NCBI GenBank assembly: GCA_013540605.1
Contig: JABVCK010000009.1
Span: forward strand, 100,341-164,340
DNA length: 64,000 nt
Direction of reading: 5' to 3'
Source: Bacillota bacterium
GTDB lineage: Bacteria > Bacillota > Clostridia > Ch29
Position numbers and translations under genes: made by a program. The notes below the pieces were generated by a model that did not search any database, was not told the origin of the DNA, and was given only the letters and a program-made list of their open reading frames with translations. Below are positions 1-9,838 of the stretch, piece after piece. Numbering within the stretch: the stretch's first letter is position 1; the number at the start of each line of letters is the position of its first letter.

Positions 1-54
1 TACCATAGGCAGTATAGAAAAATAGCATCATAGAATGTAAAGGGAGGTAGGACA

Positions 55-1848
55 ATGGAGATATATCGTTCCCATGTACTGATTTGTGCAGGTACAGGCT
101 GTACTTCCTCAGGGTCGCAGAGTGTAACGAACGCCTTTGAGCGACTGATAAAGGAAGAAGGGCTTGAGAGGGAAGTAAAGGTGGTAAGGACAGGATGCTT
201 CGGGCTTTGCGAGATGGGTCCTGTTGTAATAATATATCCTGAGGGTGCCTTTTACAGCAGGGTTGAAGAGAAGGATGTAGAGGAAATAGTAAAGGAGCAC
301 CTGATAAAAGGCAGGATTGTAAAGAGGCTTCTTTATGAAGAATCGCTGGACAAAGATACGATAAAATCTCTTAACCAGGTTGATTTTTACAAGAAACAGA
401 TGAGGATTGCCCTAAGGAACTGCGGCGTAATAGATCCTGAAAACATTGATGAATATATAGCTATGGACGGCTACAAAGCTATTGCGAAAGTGTTGACCGA
501 AATGACTCCCGAACAGGTTATAGACGAGGTAAAGAAATCAGGGTTAAGAGGAAGAGGTGGCGGAGGGTTCCCCACCGGAATGAAGTGGGAATTTGCGAGC
601 AAATCAAAGGATGATAAAAAATACGTATGCTGCAATGCCGATGAAGGCGACCCTGGCGCCTTTATGGACAGGAGCGTACTGGAGGGAGACCCCCACTCTG
701 TATTAGAGGCTATGGCTATTGCGGGTTATGCCATAGGATCCGATCAGGGGTATATTTATGTAAGGGCAGAATACCCCATAGCAGTTAAAAGGCTTCAGAT
801 AGCGATAAAACAGGCAAGGGAATACGGAGTACTGGGAAGCAACATACTGGGGACCGGATTTGCCTTTGATATAGATTTAAAGATAGGAGCAGGGGCTTTT
901 GTATGCGGAGAGGAAACAGCCCTGTTGAACTCCATCGAGGGTAAGAGGGGCGAACCGAGGCCGAGGCCGCCATTCCCGGCAGTGAAAGGTTTGTGGCAGA
1001 AACCAACCCTGCTCAACAACGTTGAGACCTATGCAAACATATGTCCCATAATACTAAACGGCGGCGAATGGTTTGCCGGCATAGGCACCGAAAGAAGTAA
1101 AGGAACCAAGGTATTTGCCCTTGGAGGGAAGATAAACAACACGGGCCTTGTGGAAATACCCATGGGAACGACCATCAGGGAAGTTATCTACGAAATCGGC
1201 GGAGGCTGTCCGAACGGTAAAGAGTTCAAGGCTGTACAGACCGGGGGGCCTTCCGGAGGGTGCATACCTGCAGAGCTTATCGATACTCCCATTGAATATG
1301 ACACCCTGGTGTCCATCGGCTCCATGATGGGTTCCGGCGGTATGATAGTAATGGACGAGGATAACTGCATGGTTGACATAGCCAGGTTCTTCCTTGACTT
1401 CACCTGTGATGAATCCTGCGGCAAATGCACATCGTGCAGGGAAGGCACGAGGAGGATGCTGGAGATACTTGAGAGAATAACAGAGGGCAAGGGACGAGAG
1501 ACCGATATAGAGAAGCTGGAGACGCTTGCAAAGAATATCAAGGCATCGGCCCTCTGCGGTCTGGGTCAAACAGCGCCCAACCCGGTGCTGTCCACCCTGA
1601 GATACTTCAGGCATGAATACGAAGCCCACATAAGGGACAAGAGATGTCCGGCGGGTGTATGTACGGCTCTTTTGCAGTATGTGATCGACGCAGATAAGTG
1701 CAAGGGCTGTGGTATCTGTGCCAAGAACTGTCCGGCTAATTGTATTTCGGGCAAACCGAAGACACCGTATGTTATTGATCAGGATAAGTGTATCAAATGC
1801 GGGACATGTCAGGATAAGTGCCCCTTTAATGCGATAGATAAGAAATAG
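55..1848 (+). CDS. NAD(P)H-dependent formate dehydrogenase/hydrogenase flavoprotein subunit, NuoF/HndC family. N-terminal thioredoxin-like [2Fe-2S] domain, FMN/NADH-binding core, C-terminal 2x[4Fe-4S] ferredoxin domain.
   Basis: 597-aa ORF. GGGGF-PTG FMN motif and a C-x-x-C-x-x-x-C cluster typical of NuoF (CDESCGKCTSCREG). C-terminal CKGCGICAKNCP and CIKCGTCQDKCP ferredoxin motifs. RBS AGGGAGG before the ATG at 55. Lies directly upstream of fdhA. Confidence 0.85.
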   Translation: MEIYRSHVLICAGTGCTSSGSQSVTNAFERLIKEEGLEREVKVVRTGCFGLCEMGPVVIIYPEGAFYSRVEEKDVEEIVKEHLIKGRIVKRLLYEESLDKDTIKSLNQVDFYKKQMRIALRNCGVIDPENIDEYIAMDGYKAIAKVLTEMTPEQVIDEVKKSGLRGRGGGGFPTGMKWEFASKSKDDKKYVCCNADEGDPGAFMDRSVLEGDPHSVLEAMAIAGYAIGSDQGYIYVRAEYPIAVKRLQIAIKQAREYGVLGSNILGTGFAFDIDLKIGAGAFVCGEETALLNSIEGKRGEPRPRPPFPAVKGLWQKPTLLNNVETYANICPIILNGGEWFAGIGTERSKGTKVFALGGKINNTGLVEIPMGTTIREVIYEIGGGCPNGKEFKAVQTGGPSGGCIPAELIDTPIEYDTLVSIGSMMGSGGMIVMDEDNCMVDIARFFLDFTCDESCGKCTSCREGTRRMLEILERITEGKGRETDIEKLETLAKNIKASALCGLGQTAPNPVLSTLRYFRHEYEAHIRDKRCPAGVCTALLQYVIDADKCKGCGICAKNCPANCISGKPKTPYVIDQDKCIKCGTCQDKCPFNAIDKK

Positions 1849-1899
1849 GGAAGCATCTATAGCAGAGTATTAAATTGGCCAAGGAGAGGAGTAAACGGT

Positions 1900-4587
1900 A
1901 TGAAGATGATAAGTCTGACTATTGACGGTATTAGTGTTCAGGTGCCTGATGGTACAACGATACTGGATGCTGCCGCCAGCCTGGGTATTGATGTGCCTAC
2001 CTTTTGCCATGATCCCCGGTTGAGACCGGACGGCGCCTGCAGGATATGTGTTGTGGAAGTTGAAAAGGCAAGGAGCCTGGTAACCTCCTGTTCAACTCCT
2101 GTGGGAGAAGGCATGGTAGTATATACTGACAGTCCCAGTGTGGTTGAGGCAAGAAAAGAGATACTCAGGCTGATGTGGGCAAATCACCCGTATAACTGCC
2201 TGACCTGCGAGAAGGCAGGAAACTGCAAACTGCAGGACTACAGCTACAGGTACGGTATAACCGATGAGGATATACAGCTTTTCGCCGGTGAAAAGAAGAA
2301 ACATGAGATAGACGACAGTAATAAGTTTTATATAAGCGATCAGAACAAGTGCATACTTTGCGGCAAATGCGTGAGGATTTGCGGCGAACTTCAGTGTACA
2401 AATGCCATAGGCCGTTCGGACAGGGGTTTCACTACCCATATAACGCCACCCTTTGAAATAAAGCTGGAAACCTCCGAATGCGTATCGTGCGGCAACTGTG
2501 TATCCTACTGTCCTACGGGAGCATTATCGGCGAAGAAGCCGGTAAAATACAGGGAATGGGAAGTAAAACGTGTGGACACCACCTGTACTTACTGCGGCGT
2601 AGGGTGCCAGCTGCAGCTGTTGGTAAAAGATAACAGAGTAGTAGGCGTAGAGCCGGTGAACGGTCCTGCCAATGAGGGCCTGCTGTGCGTCAAGGGTAAG
2701 TTCGGGTACAACTTCATAAACCATCCCGACAGGCTCAAAACACCGCTGATCAAGAAGGACGGCAAATTTGAAGAGGCAAGCTGGGCCGAAGCATTGGAGC
2801 TGGTAGCCGAAAAGCTATCGGAGACCCGTGACAAATACGGTCCCGACGCAGTGGCCGGGCTGTCGTCCGCAAGGTGTACCAACGAAGAGAACTACCTGTT
2901 CCAGAAGCTGATGAGGGGAGCGGTGGGCACCAACAACGTAGACCACTGCGCACGTCTCTGACACTCCTCAACCGTTGCCGGGCTGGCAACAACATTTGGG
3001 AGTGGAGCAATGACCAACAGCATAAAAGAAATAGACAAAGCCGATACAATATTCGTAATAGGCTCAAACACCACCGAGAACCACCCCGTAATAGGATCCA
3101 GGATAAAGAGAGCGGTAAAGAACGGGGCAAAGCTCATAGTAGCCGACCCAAGGGATATAGAGTTATCAAAGCATGCCACTCATTCCATGCGCTTAAAACC
3201 GGGCACCAACATAGCATTACTGAACGGCATGATGAACGTAATAATAGCCGAGGGGTTGCAGGCAGAAGAATACATAAAAGAGCGTACCGAAAACTACGAC
3301 GAGTTAAAGGAACTGGTAAAGGATTATACGCCCGAGAAGGTAGAAGAGATAACCGGCATACCCGCAGAAACAATAAAAGAAGCAGCGCGGCTGTACGCCA
3401 CCTCCGAAAGATCCATGCTGTTTTACGCCATGGGTATAACCCAGCACAGCACAGGCACCCAGCACGTATTCTCAATAGCCAACCTGGCGATGCTGTGCGG
3501 CATGGTAGGCAAAGAAGGCACCGGCGTAAACCCGTTAAGGGGCCAGAACAACGTACAGGGGGCCTGCGATGTGGGCTGTCTGCCCAACTTCATGCCCGGC
3601 TACCAGAAGGTGGGAGACCCTGTCGTAATGGAGAAGTTTGAAAAAGCATGGGGCACAAAACTATCCGACAAAGTGGGCCTCACAGTATCCGAGATAATCC
3701 ATGCCGCCGAAGAGGGGAAAGTAAAAACACTCTATATAATGGGAGAGAACCCCATGGTATCCGACCCCGACATAACCCATGTAAAGAAAGGGTTAGAAAA
3801 CTTAGACTTCTTAGTAGTCCAGGATATATTCCTGACCGAGACCGCAGAACTGGCCGACGTAGTGCTGCCCGCCGCATCCTTTGCGGAAAAGGACGGCACC
3901 TTCACCAACACCGAGCGAAGGGTGCAGAGAATAAGGAAGGCCATAGAGCCCATAGGCCAAAGCCGGGCCGACTGGGAGATAATCCAGGATATAATGAACC
4001 TCATGGGCTATACCCAGAACTTCAAAGACGCCGCCGGTATAATGGACGAAATAGCCGCTGTAACACCCCAGTACGCAGGTATCGACTATCAGCGTCTTGA
4101 AAACGGGAGCCTGCAGTGGCCGTGTCCTACCAAGGACCACCCAGGCACAGGGTATCTGCACAGCGGCAAATTCTCAAGGGGTAAAGGCCTATTTAAGCCA
4201 TCGCCCTATACACCGGCCGACGAGCAGCCCGATGATAAATACCCCTTAATCCTGACAACCGGCAGGGTGCTCTACCACTACCATACACGAACCATGACCA
4301 AGCGTGTCGAAGGGCTGGAGGCATTAGTACCCGAGAGCTATATAGAAATAAGCCCCTACACCGCGGGCAAACTGTCCGTAAAAGACGGTGACACCGTAAA
4401 AGTAAGCTCAAGGCGCGGAGAAGTAGCAGTAAAAGCAAAAGTAACCGACCGTCTGGATGACGACGTAGTATTCATGCCCTTCCACTTTGCCGAGGGCGCA
4501 GCCAACATGCTCACCAACACGGCGTTGGACAGCATAGCCAAGATACCCGAGCTAAAGGTATGCGCAGTCAAAGTAGAGAAGGTATAA
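1900..4587 (+). CDS. fdhA: Formate dehydrogenase catalytic subunit FdhA (molybdopterin/tungstopterin). Selenoprotein: UGA at 2959-2961 is read as selenocysteine.
   Basis: ORFs 1900..2961 and 3010..4587 are in the same frame (offset 1110 = 370 codons). A single TGA falls inside the conserved CAR-L-[U]-HSSTVAGL active-site motif. N-terminal 2Fe-2S and 4Fe-4S cysteine motifs are followed by an MopB and molybdopterin-binding domain. A SECIS-like hairpin lies 12 nt downstream of the UGA. Confidence 0.85.
2974..2990 (+). other. Bacterial SECIS-like hairpin (GTTGCC-GGGCT-GGCAAC) immediately 3' of the in-frame UGA
   Basis: A perfect 6-bp stem with a 5-nt loop starts 12 nt after the TGA at 2959-2961. 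Spacing and position match bacterial fdh SECIS elements. Confidence 0.6.
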
Positions 4588-4624
4588 AGTAAAATACCTT
4601 AAAAAAGGAGGAGTTATTTTATCT

Positions 4625-5494
4625 ATGGAAAAGCGAATTTTAGCACCGGCTCAGGTAGCAGACGCCATGGTAGGTGTAGGATGCAAAAAATGCAGCTTAA
4701 AGACGTCCCAGATGATGCTTTTAGGAATATTTGCAGGGATGTTCATAGCCTTCGGCGCTTTTGCATCAGGGATGATATCCCATTCTATCGAAAACGTAGG
4801 TCTAGCCAAATTTGCAGGGGCAGCAGTATTCCCCGTAGGACTAATGCTCGTAGTAATATGCGGCGCCGAACTGTTTACCGGCAACAACCTCATAACCCTG
4901 GCCCTGTTCAACAAAGAAGTAACCGTATCCCAGATGCTCAAGAACTGGGTAGTAGTATATATAGGCAACTTCATAGGTTCCATAGCAGTAGCTCTATTAA
5001 TTTACTGGTCCGGCCTTTTAAACACAAGCGGCGGTGGTCTGGGGGGTCTTGCAATACGGGTAGCCTCTGCCAAGGTAAGCCTGACAATGGGCGAAGCCGT
5101 GGTAAGGGGGATACTTTGCAACATGCTCGTAGTACTGGCGGTATGGGCGGCAATAGCAGCCCAGGACGTAATAAGCAAGATATGGGCGTGCTGGTTCCCC
5201 ATCATGCTCTTTGTACTGTCGGGTTTTGAGCACAGCATAGCCAACATGTACTTCATCCCCGTAGGCATGCTGGCCAAGGGCAGCGCCAAGCTGGCGGAGG
5301 CCAGCGGTCTTGCAGCCGACAAGCTGGCGGGTATAAACGTGGGCACATTCCTTATCAACAACATAATACCCGTAACCATAGGCAACATAATAGGCGGCGC
5401 GTTCATAGTAGGCTGGGTTTACTGGTATGTGTTCAAGGGCTGCACCAAAGCAGCCGAAGCCCCTGCCACCGCTTCCCAATCCGTTGCAAAATAG
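4625..5494 (+). CDS. focA: Formate/nitrite transporter family channel (FocA/FdhC-like)
   Basis: 289-aa polytopic membrane protein with FNT-family architecture. Sits directly after fdhA. RBS AAGGAGGAG. Confidence 0.8.
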   Translation: MEKRILAPAQVADAMVGVGCKKCSLKTSQMMLLGIFAGMFIAFGAFASGMISHSIENVGLAKFAGAAVFPVGLMLVVICGAELFTGNNLITLALFNKEVTVSQMLKNWVVVYIGNFIGSIAVALLIYWSGLLNTSGGGLGGLAIRVASAKVSLTMGEAVVRGILCNMLVVLAVWAAIAAQDVISKIWACWFPIMLFVLSGFEHSIANMYFIPVGMLAKGSAKLAEASGLAADKLAGINVGTFLINNIIPVTIGNIIGGAFIVGWVYWYVFKGCTKAAEAPATASQSVAK

Positions 5495-5520
5495 GTATAA
5501 TGAATTTAAATAGAATAATC

Positions 5521-5541
5521 AAAAGCGGCATTGCCGCTTTT
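5521..5541 (+). terminator. Rho-independent terminator hairpin (AAAAGCGGCA-t-TGCCGCTTTT)
   Basis: Perfect 10-bp stem ending in a T-run, 27 nt after the focA stop. Confidence 0.6.
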
Positions 5542-5575
5542 GATTATTTATCCGGATGATAAGGAGGCAGAAATA

Positions 5576-6115
5576 ATGTTGGAGGAAATCTTGAGCTACA
5601 ATAGAAGTTTTGTAGAAGAGCGCAGAAAAGAAGGTAAGGATAAGAAGATCAGCGGGCATGCCCAAAAGGAGGCAATGATATTCACCTGTATGGACACAAG
5701 GCTGGTGGGCCTTGTAGAAGATGCCATGGGATTTAAAAGGGGAGAAGTTAAGGTCTTAAAGAATGCGGGAAACACTATAAGAGACAATTGTGATGATGTC
5801 ATAAGAAGCATATCCCTTGGTATTCTTATGATGGGTATTAAGGAAGTCTTTGTAGTAGGACACAAAGACTGCGGCATGAAAAAGCTTACCGGAGACAAGA
5901 TAGCACAGGCAATGAGGGACCGTGGTATTGATGAAAACGCAATAGCCTCCGTGGACCTGGAAAAGTGGGCAGGAGTTATTAATAATGAGGCGGAAAATGT
6001 GGCAGAAGTGGTAGCAGCGATAAAAAACTCAAAATTCATACCAAAGGATGTAGCTATCCATGGCCTGATGATCGATCCGGACAGCGGAGAGCTTGAAGAA
6101 GTCCAATACATATAA
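5576..6115 (+). CDS. Beta-class carbonic anhydrase
   Basis: C-x-D-x-R (CMDTR) and H-x-x-C (HKDCG) zinc-ligand motifs. The ATG at 5576 is preceded by AGGAGG. The ORF track's upstream TTG start at 5531 lies inside the terminator hairpin, so it was not used. Confidence 0.8.
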   Translation: MLEEILSYNRSFVEERRKEGKDKKISGHAQKEAMIFTCMDTRLVGLVEDAMGFKRGEVKVLKNAGNTIRDNCDDVIRSISLGILMMGIKEVFVVGHKDCGMKKLTGDKIAQAMRDRGIDENAIASVDLEKWAGVINNEAENVAEVVAAIKNSKFIPKDVAIHGLMIDPDSGELEEVQYI

Positions 6116-6173
6116 TTTTGAAAAAAGTTTTAAAAAAGAGACTTGCGATTTTATGGAAGTATGTTATACTTAA

Positions 6174-6205
6174 TGTATACAATGCGAATACAATCAGCAT
6201 GCAAG
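6174..6205. promoter_or_regulatory. Candidate GntR operator: palindrome aTGTATACAat plus the shared tacaatcagcatGcaa box
   Basis: A T-N-GT-N-AC-N-A type palindrome sits just downstream of a TTGCGA-16-TATACT promoter-like pair in front of the gntR gene. The same 16-nt box recurs at 6943-6958. Confidence 0.5.
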
Positions 6206-6274
6206 ATGTTCATGAAAAGCAGTTGAAGGTTTTACGCAATTAATAATGTATTTCCTTAAGAAAGGGAAGAAGAT

Positions 6275-6919
6275 ATGGCCAAAAATACACGAAAAGAAAT
6301 TGCATATGACTACTTGTATGAAGGGATTATTAGCAGTAAGATCCCGCCGGGAGCTCCTATCATAGAACAGGAGATATCAAACACCTTAGGCATCAGCCGT
6401 ACGCCTGTCCGCGAAGCGCTAAAACAGTTGGAGGCCCAAGGACTGGTTAAGTATGTCCCACAGCGCGGAACTTTCGCTGAAGAGATAGGCATGCAGGATG
6501 TGGAAGAAATTTTCGCTTTAAGAGAAGCACTTGAGATACTCGCTCTTAAAGTATCGATAGAAGTAATACCGGATGAAGAAATTCTCAAGATGGAGAAAAT
6601 GTTGAAAGCGCTTGATCATAATAGTACTTTTGAGGATTTTTATGAAAGCGACCGTAGTATTCATAACCTTATAGTAAGATATGGCCAGAATAGGAGGTTA
6701 AACGTTTTCCTTAACAGCTTAAATTCGCAGATTGAAATGCTACGCCGGATTTCAGCTGTAACTCCAAAAAGACTTGAAAAATCGAAACAGGAGCATATGG
6801 AAATTCTCATGGCATTGAAAAAACGCGACCAGGTGAAGGCTTCCAAAGCTTTGAGTGAGCATATCAGAAACGTCAAAGAAAGCGTTATCAGGACGTATCA
6901 GAATCAAAGGTATGTATAA
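6275..6919 (+). CDS. GntR-family transcriptional regulator (FadR/FCD C-terminal domain)
   Basis: N-terminal winged-HTH (TLGISRTPVREALKQLEAQGLV) and an FCD-like C-terminal domain. Flanked by TTGTATACAA-type palindromes. Confidence 0.8.
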   Translation: MAKNTRKEIAYDYLYEGIISSKIPPGAPIIEQEISNTLGISRTPVREALKQLEAQGLVKYVPQRGTFAEEIGMQDVEEIFALREALEILALKVSIEVIPDEEILKMEKMLKALDHNSTFEDFYESDRSIHNLIVRYGQNRRLNVFLNSLNSQIEMLRRISAVTPKRLEKSKQEHMEILMALKKRDQVKASKALSEHIRNVKESVIRTYQNQRYV

Positions 6920-6930
6920 AAATTTTTTTG

Positions 6931-6958
6931 ATACAGATTGTATACAATCAGCATACAA
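6931..6958. promoter_or_regulatory. Candidate GntR operator: perfect palindrome TTGTATACAA plus tacaatcagcatAcaa
   Basis: A perfect 10-bp palindrome overlaps a possible -35 (TTGTAT-17-TATATA) upstream of the first RraA-like gene. Confidence 0.5.
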
Positions 6959-7116
6959 AATATATACACCCGGGAAACATTATTGGCGAGGGGGGTGACT
7001 GTTAGGAGGAAAGCATAATCGCATGTATTTGCGTTGAAGCTGCTATACAGAAAGAAAACGGTAAGCACAGTATGTACAAGCATAAAAAGAGTTGATAGGA
7101 AGAGGGGAAATGCGAT

Positions 7117-7743
7117 ATGTCTTTAACAGAAAATGAACTGCTTGAGTTATTGAAACTACCCACGGGGAATATTTGCGATGCCAACGACAAGTGCGGCAAT
7201 ATGGATCCTGCAATAAAGCCTGTTGACCCAAAAACAAAAATGGCTGGGCCGGCTTATACAGTCCGATGTCAACCTGGAGATAATATCACCATCCATAAGG
7301 CAATCTACGAAGCACCAAAGGGATCAGTATTGGTAGTGGATGCCCATTCCTATATTGGAGCTGGACCATTCGGCGAAATCATGGCTATTGCCAGCCAGAA
7401 ACGTGGCCTTGCAGGGCTTGTTATAGATGGCGCTTGCCGCGATGCATCTGAAATAGAGGAACTGGGGTTTCCAGTATTCAGCCGTGCCATTAATCCAGGC
7501 GGTACAGTTAAAGAAAGTGTAGGAGAAACCGATCTGGTTATTCAGTGTGGAGGGGTTGTGGTCAGACCGGGGGATATTGTGGTAGGCGACCGTGACGGAG
7601 TAGTTGTTATTCCCCGGGAAAAAGCCCGGACGGTATTGGAGAAAGCAAAGGCTATAGCTGATAGAGAAGCGCAGGTAACGGAAATGCTTCTCCAGGGCAA
7701 AACAATTTTGGAGATATATCAATTCGAGAAATTGAAGGGCTGA
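7117..7743 (+). CDS. RraA-family protein (HMG/CHA aldolase or oxaloacetate decarboxylase-like), paralog 1
   Basis: 208 aa. Conserved RraA/MenG-fold core (GD-N-x-x-H, VVDA..GAG.FGE, GLVIDGACRD). Confidence 0.75.
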   Translation: MSLTENELLELLKLPTGNICDANDKCGNMDPAIKPVDPKTKMAGPAYTVRCQPGDNITIHKAIYEAPKGSVLVVDAHSYIGAGPFGEIMAIASQKRGLAGLVIDGACRDASEIEELGFPVFSRAINPGGTVKESVGETDLVIQCGGVVVRPGDIVVGDRDGVVVIPREKARTVLEKAKAIADREAQVTEMLLQGKTILEIYQFEKLKG

Positions 7744-7774
7744 TAAACACAATTCTAGCAGGAGGGATTAATAA

Positions 7775-8446
7775 ATGGAGAAGTTGAACAAAATAGATGT
7801 GTCCATTATAGAAGGCTTTAAAGCCCTGGATACGACATGTGTATCCGACGCCCTTGACCGTCTAGGGATTCCAGGAGGGTTGGAAGGAATAAAACCCGTG
7901 GTTGGTGGAACAACCATTTGTGGAACTGCTTTTACTGTGCACTATGTACCTTGTGGAATCGAGAAAGGAACTGTAGGGGATTTCCTGGATGATGTTGAAC
8001 CGGGTCAGGTTGTAGTTATAGACAACGGGGGCAGGACTTACTGCACGGTTTGGGGAGACTTGATGGCTATAAGTGCATCTAGGCGCGGCATAGAGGGAAC
8101 GGTAATTGACGGTGTCTGCCGGGATGTCCCTACCATTAAAAGAGTAAAGTATCCGATATTCACCAAAGGATACTATATGGTAACGGGTAAAGACCGTGTT
8201 GAGGTAGATGGGGTTAATGTGCCGGTGGCTGTGTCAGGGATTCAGGTTAAGCCTGGAGATATCATACTGGGTGATGACACAGGAGTAGTAGTAATACCGC
8301 AGGAGAGGGCAGGAGAAGTGTTAGAACTGGCAAAGAGTATTGCAGAGAAAGAGGCCCTTATGGAAAAGGAAATACTGGCAGGGAAAACCCTACGCGAAGC
8401 CCGTGCCAATGTGAACTATCATCACCTGCAAACAAGAGAGAAGTAG
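7775..8446 (+). CDS. RraA-family protein, paralog 2
   Basis: 223 aa. SDALDRLGI, VIDGVCRDV and GD motifs shared with paralog 1. Confidence 0.75.
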   Translation: MEKLNKIDVSIIEGFKALDTTCVSDALDRLGIPGGLEGIKPVVGGTTICGTAFTVHYVPCGIEKGTVGDFLDDVEPGQVVVIDNGGRTYCTVWGDLMAISASRRGIEGTVIDGVCRDVPTIKRVKYPIFTKGYYMVTGKDRVEVDGVNVPVAVSGIQVKPGDIILGDDTGVVVIPQERAGEVLELAKSIAEKEALMEKEILAGKTLREARANVNYHHLQTREK

Positions 8447-8580
8447 ACAACGTATAGAAGAGCGCAGAATGTAAGTGTTTCCAATAATTGATACTTACGT
8501 GTCTACGAAACAGGTTTAATTTTGTCGAAATATGTGATATTTTGAACTATATAATATCGGAAAATACCACTTAGTTCAGT

Positions 8581-8596
8581 ATTCCTAGCTAGGAAT
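8581..8596. promoter_or_regulatory. Perfect 16-bp palindrome ATTCCTAGCTAGGAAT between the promoter region and the RBS of the transporter operon (operator candidate)
   Basis: Exact dyad symmetry, 25 nt upstream of the SBP start codon and downstream of a TATAAT-like -10. Confidence 0.4.
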
Positions 8597-8620
8597 CAAA
8601 ATAAAAAAGGGGGTAAAAAA

Positions 8621-9802
8621 ATGAAAAAGACACTTGCATTGATATTTGCGTTGGCAATGGTTTTACCACTTGCTGCATGCAGTCAGGGGTCAAGCGATCC
8701 GGCCTCTGGTGAGCTTGAACCGATTAAGATTGGCGCAGTTTTGTCCCAGACCGGTACTGTTGCCCATGCCGGTATTAACGCTCAGAGGGCTTGTGAGATT
8801 CTACTTGAAGAAGTTAATGCTGCCGGCGGAATAAAGGGACGTAAGGTCGAGCTCATTGTTGAAAACTCCAATACAGAGCCGGAAAGGGCGGTTACCGCTG
8901 CTTTGAAACTCACAAACGAGAATAAGGTTCTGGCAATAATTGGCCCGGACAACACATCTACCGCGATTGCTGTAAGGGATCAGGTCGCTGAAGTAGATGA
9001 AATAGTGTCAATTTCTGTAACGGGTAGTTCTCCAAAACTCACCGAAGGCAATCCGCGCTGGTTTTTCCGCGGTGCAACTCCCGCAAACTACCAGATGAGC
9101 GCTCTCACCAAATATATGGTGGATGAGCTCAAGTTTACCAAATTTGCGGTACTGGCCGATGCTACCCTCACCGATCAAGCAGATGCACTAGTTGCAGACC
9201 TGGAAAAATACAATCTCAAACCGCTCGCAATTGAGACTCATAAGTCCGGTGATACAAACTTCAACGGTCAGCTTATTAAGATTAAGCCGTATAATCCCGA
9301 GGCAATAATCTTTATTGGCTACGTCACCGAATGCGCGAGCGCCATTAAACAAGCTCGTGACATGGGCATTGACGCTCAGTTTGCCGGCAGCATCGGTATA
9401 GTGTACCAGGAGCTCTGTGATATTGGTGGAGATATTGTTGAAGGAACGCTCGGCACCATAGGTTTTACTGTAGCCAACCCGGATCCGAGAGTACAGGAAT
9501 TTGCAAAGAAATTTAAAGAAAAATATGGCGAAGAACCTGACCATGCTGCGGGCCAAGCTTATGACCAGCTTTCCCTCGTTCTCGATGCTATAAGAAATGA
9601 AGATCTGAGCTTCGACCCGAAGGATATTAAAAGCGACAGAACCCTCATCCGCGACTACCTTGAAAACAAAACCTATGGCTATAATGGCCTCACCGCGATG
9701 ATCAATTACACTAAGGAGGAACATACCGCTTACAAAATGGTTAACGTAATGCAAATAAAGGGCGGGACTTGGACAATTCTTGTTCCATCTAGCGAATTAT
9801 AG
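8621..9802 (+). CDS. ABC transporter substrate-binding lipoprotein, Liv/branched-chain-amino-acid type (Peripla_BP_6)
   Basis: Lipoprotein signal peptide (LAACSQG). Type I periplasmic-binding fold typical of LivJ/LivK-like proteins. Confidence 0.75.
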   Translation: MKKTLALIFALAMVLPLAACSQGSSDPASGELEPIKIGAVLSQTGTVAHAGINAQRACEILLEEVNAAGGIKGRKVELIVENSNTEPERAVTAALKLTNENKVLAIIGPDNTSTAIAVRDQVAEVDEIVSISVTGSSPKLTEGNPRWFFRGATPANYQMSALTKYMVDELKFTKFAVLADATLTDQADALVADLEKYNLKPLAIETHKSGDTNFNGQLIKIKPYNPEAIIFIGYVTECASAIKQARDMGIDAQFAGSIGIVYQELCDIGGDIVEGTLGTIGFTVANPDPRVQEFAKKFKEKYGEEPDHAAGQAYDQLSLVLDAIRNEDLSFDPKDIKSDRTLIRDYLENKTYGYNGLTAMINYTKEEHTAYKMVNVMQIKGGTWTILVPSSEL

Positions 9803-9838
9803 AAACATGATTACAAAATCTGAATGGAGGACATTAAA

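Noticed and set aside
2874-4100. ORFs 2874..3641(+), 3648..4100(+), 2750..3130(-) and other 100-250-aa ORFs inside the fdhA span
   Set aside because: They are alternative-frame or antisense to a strongly supported FdhA reading frame, and are basic, low-complexity, Arg-rich translations typical of GC-rich off-frame artefacts.
5531-5575. Upstream TTG start for the carbonic anhydrase
   Set aside because: It lies inside the focA terminator hairpin and lacks an RBS. The ATG at 5576 has an AGGAGG RBS.
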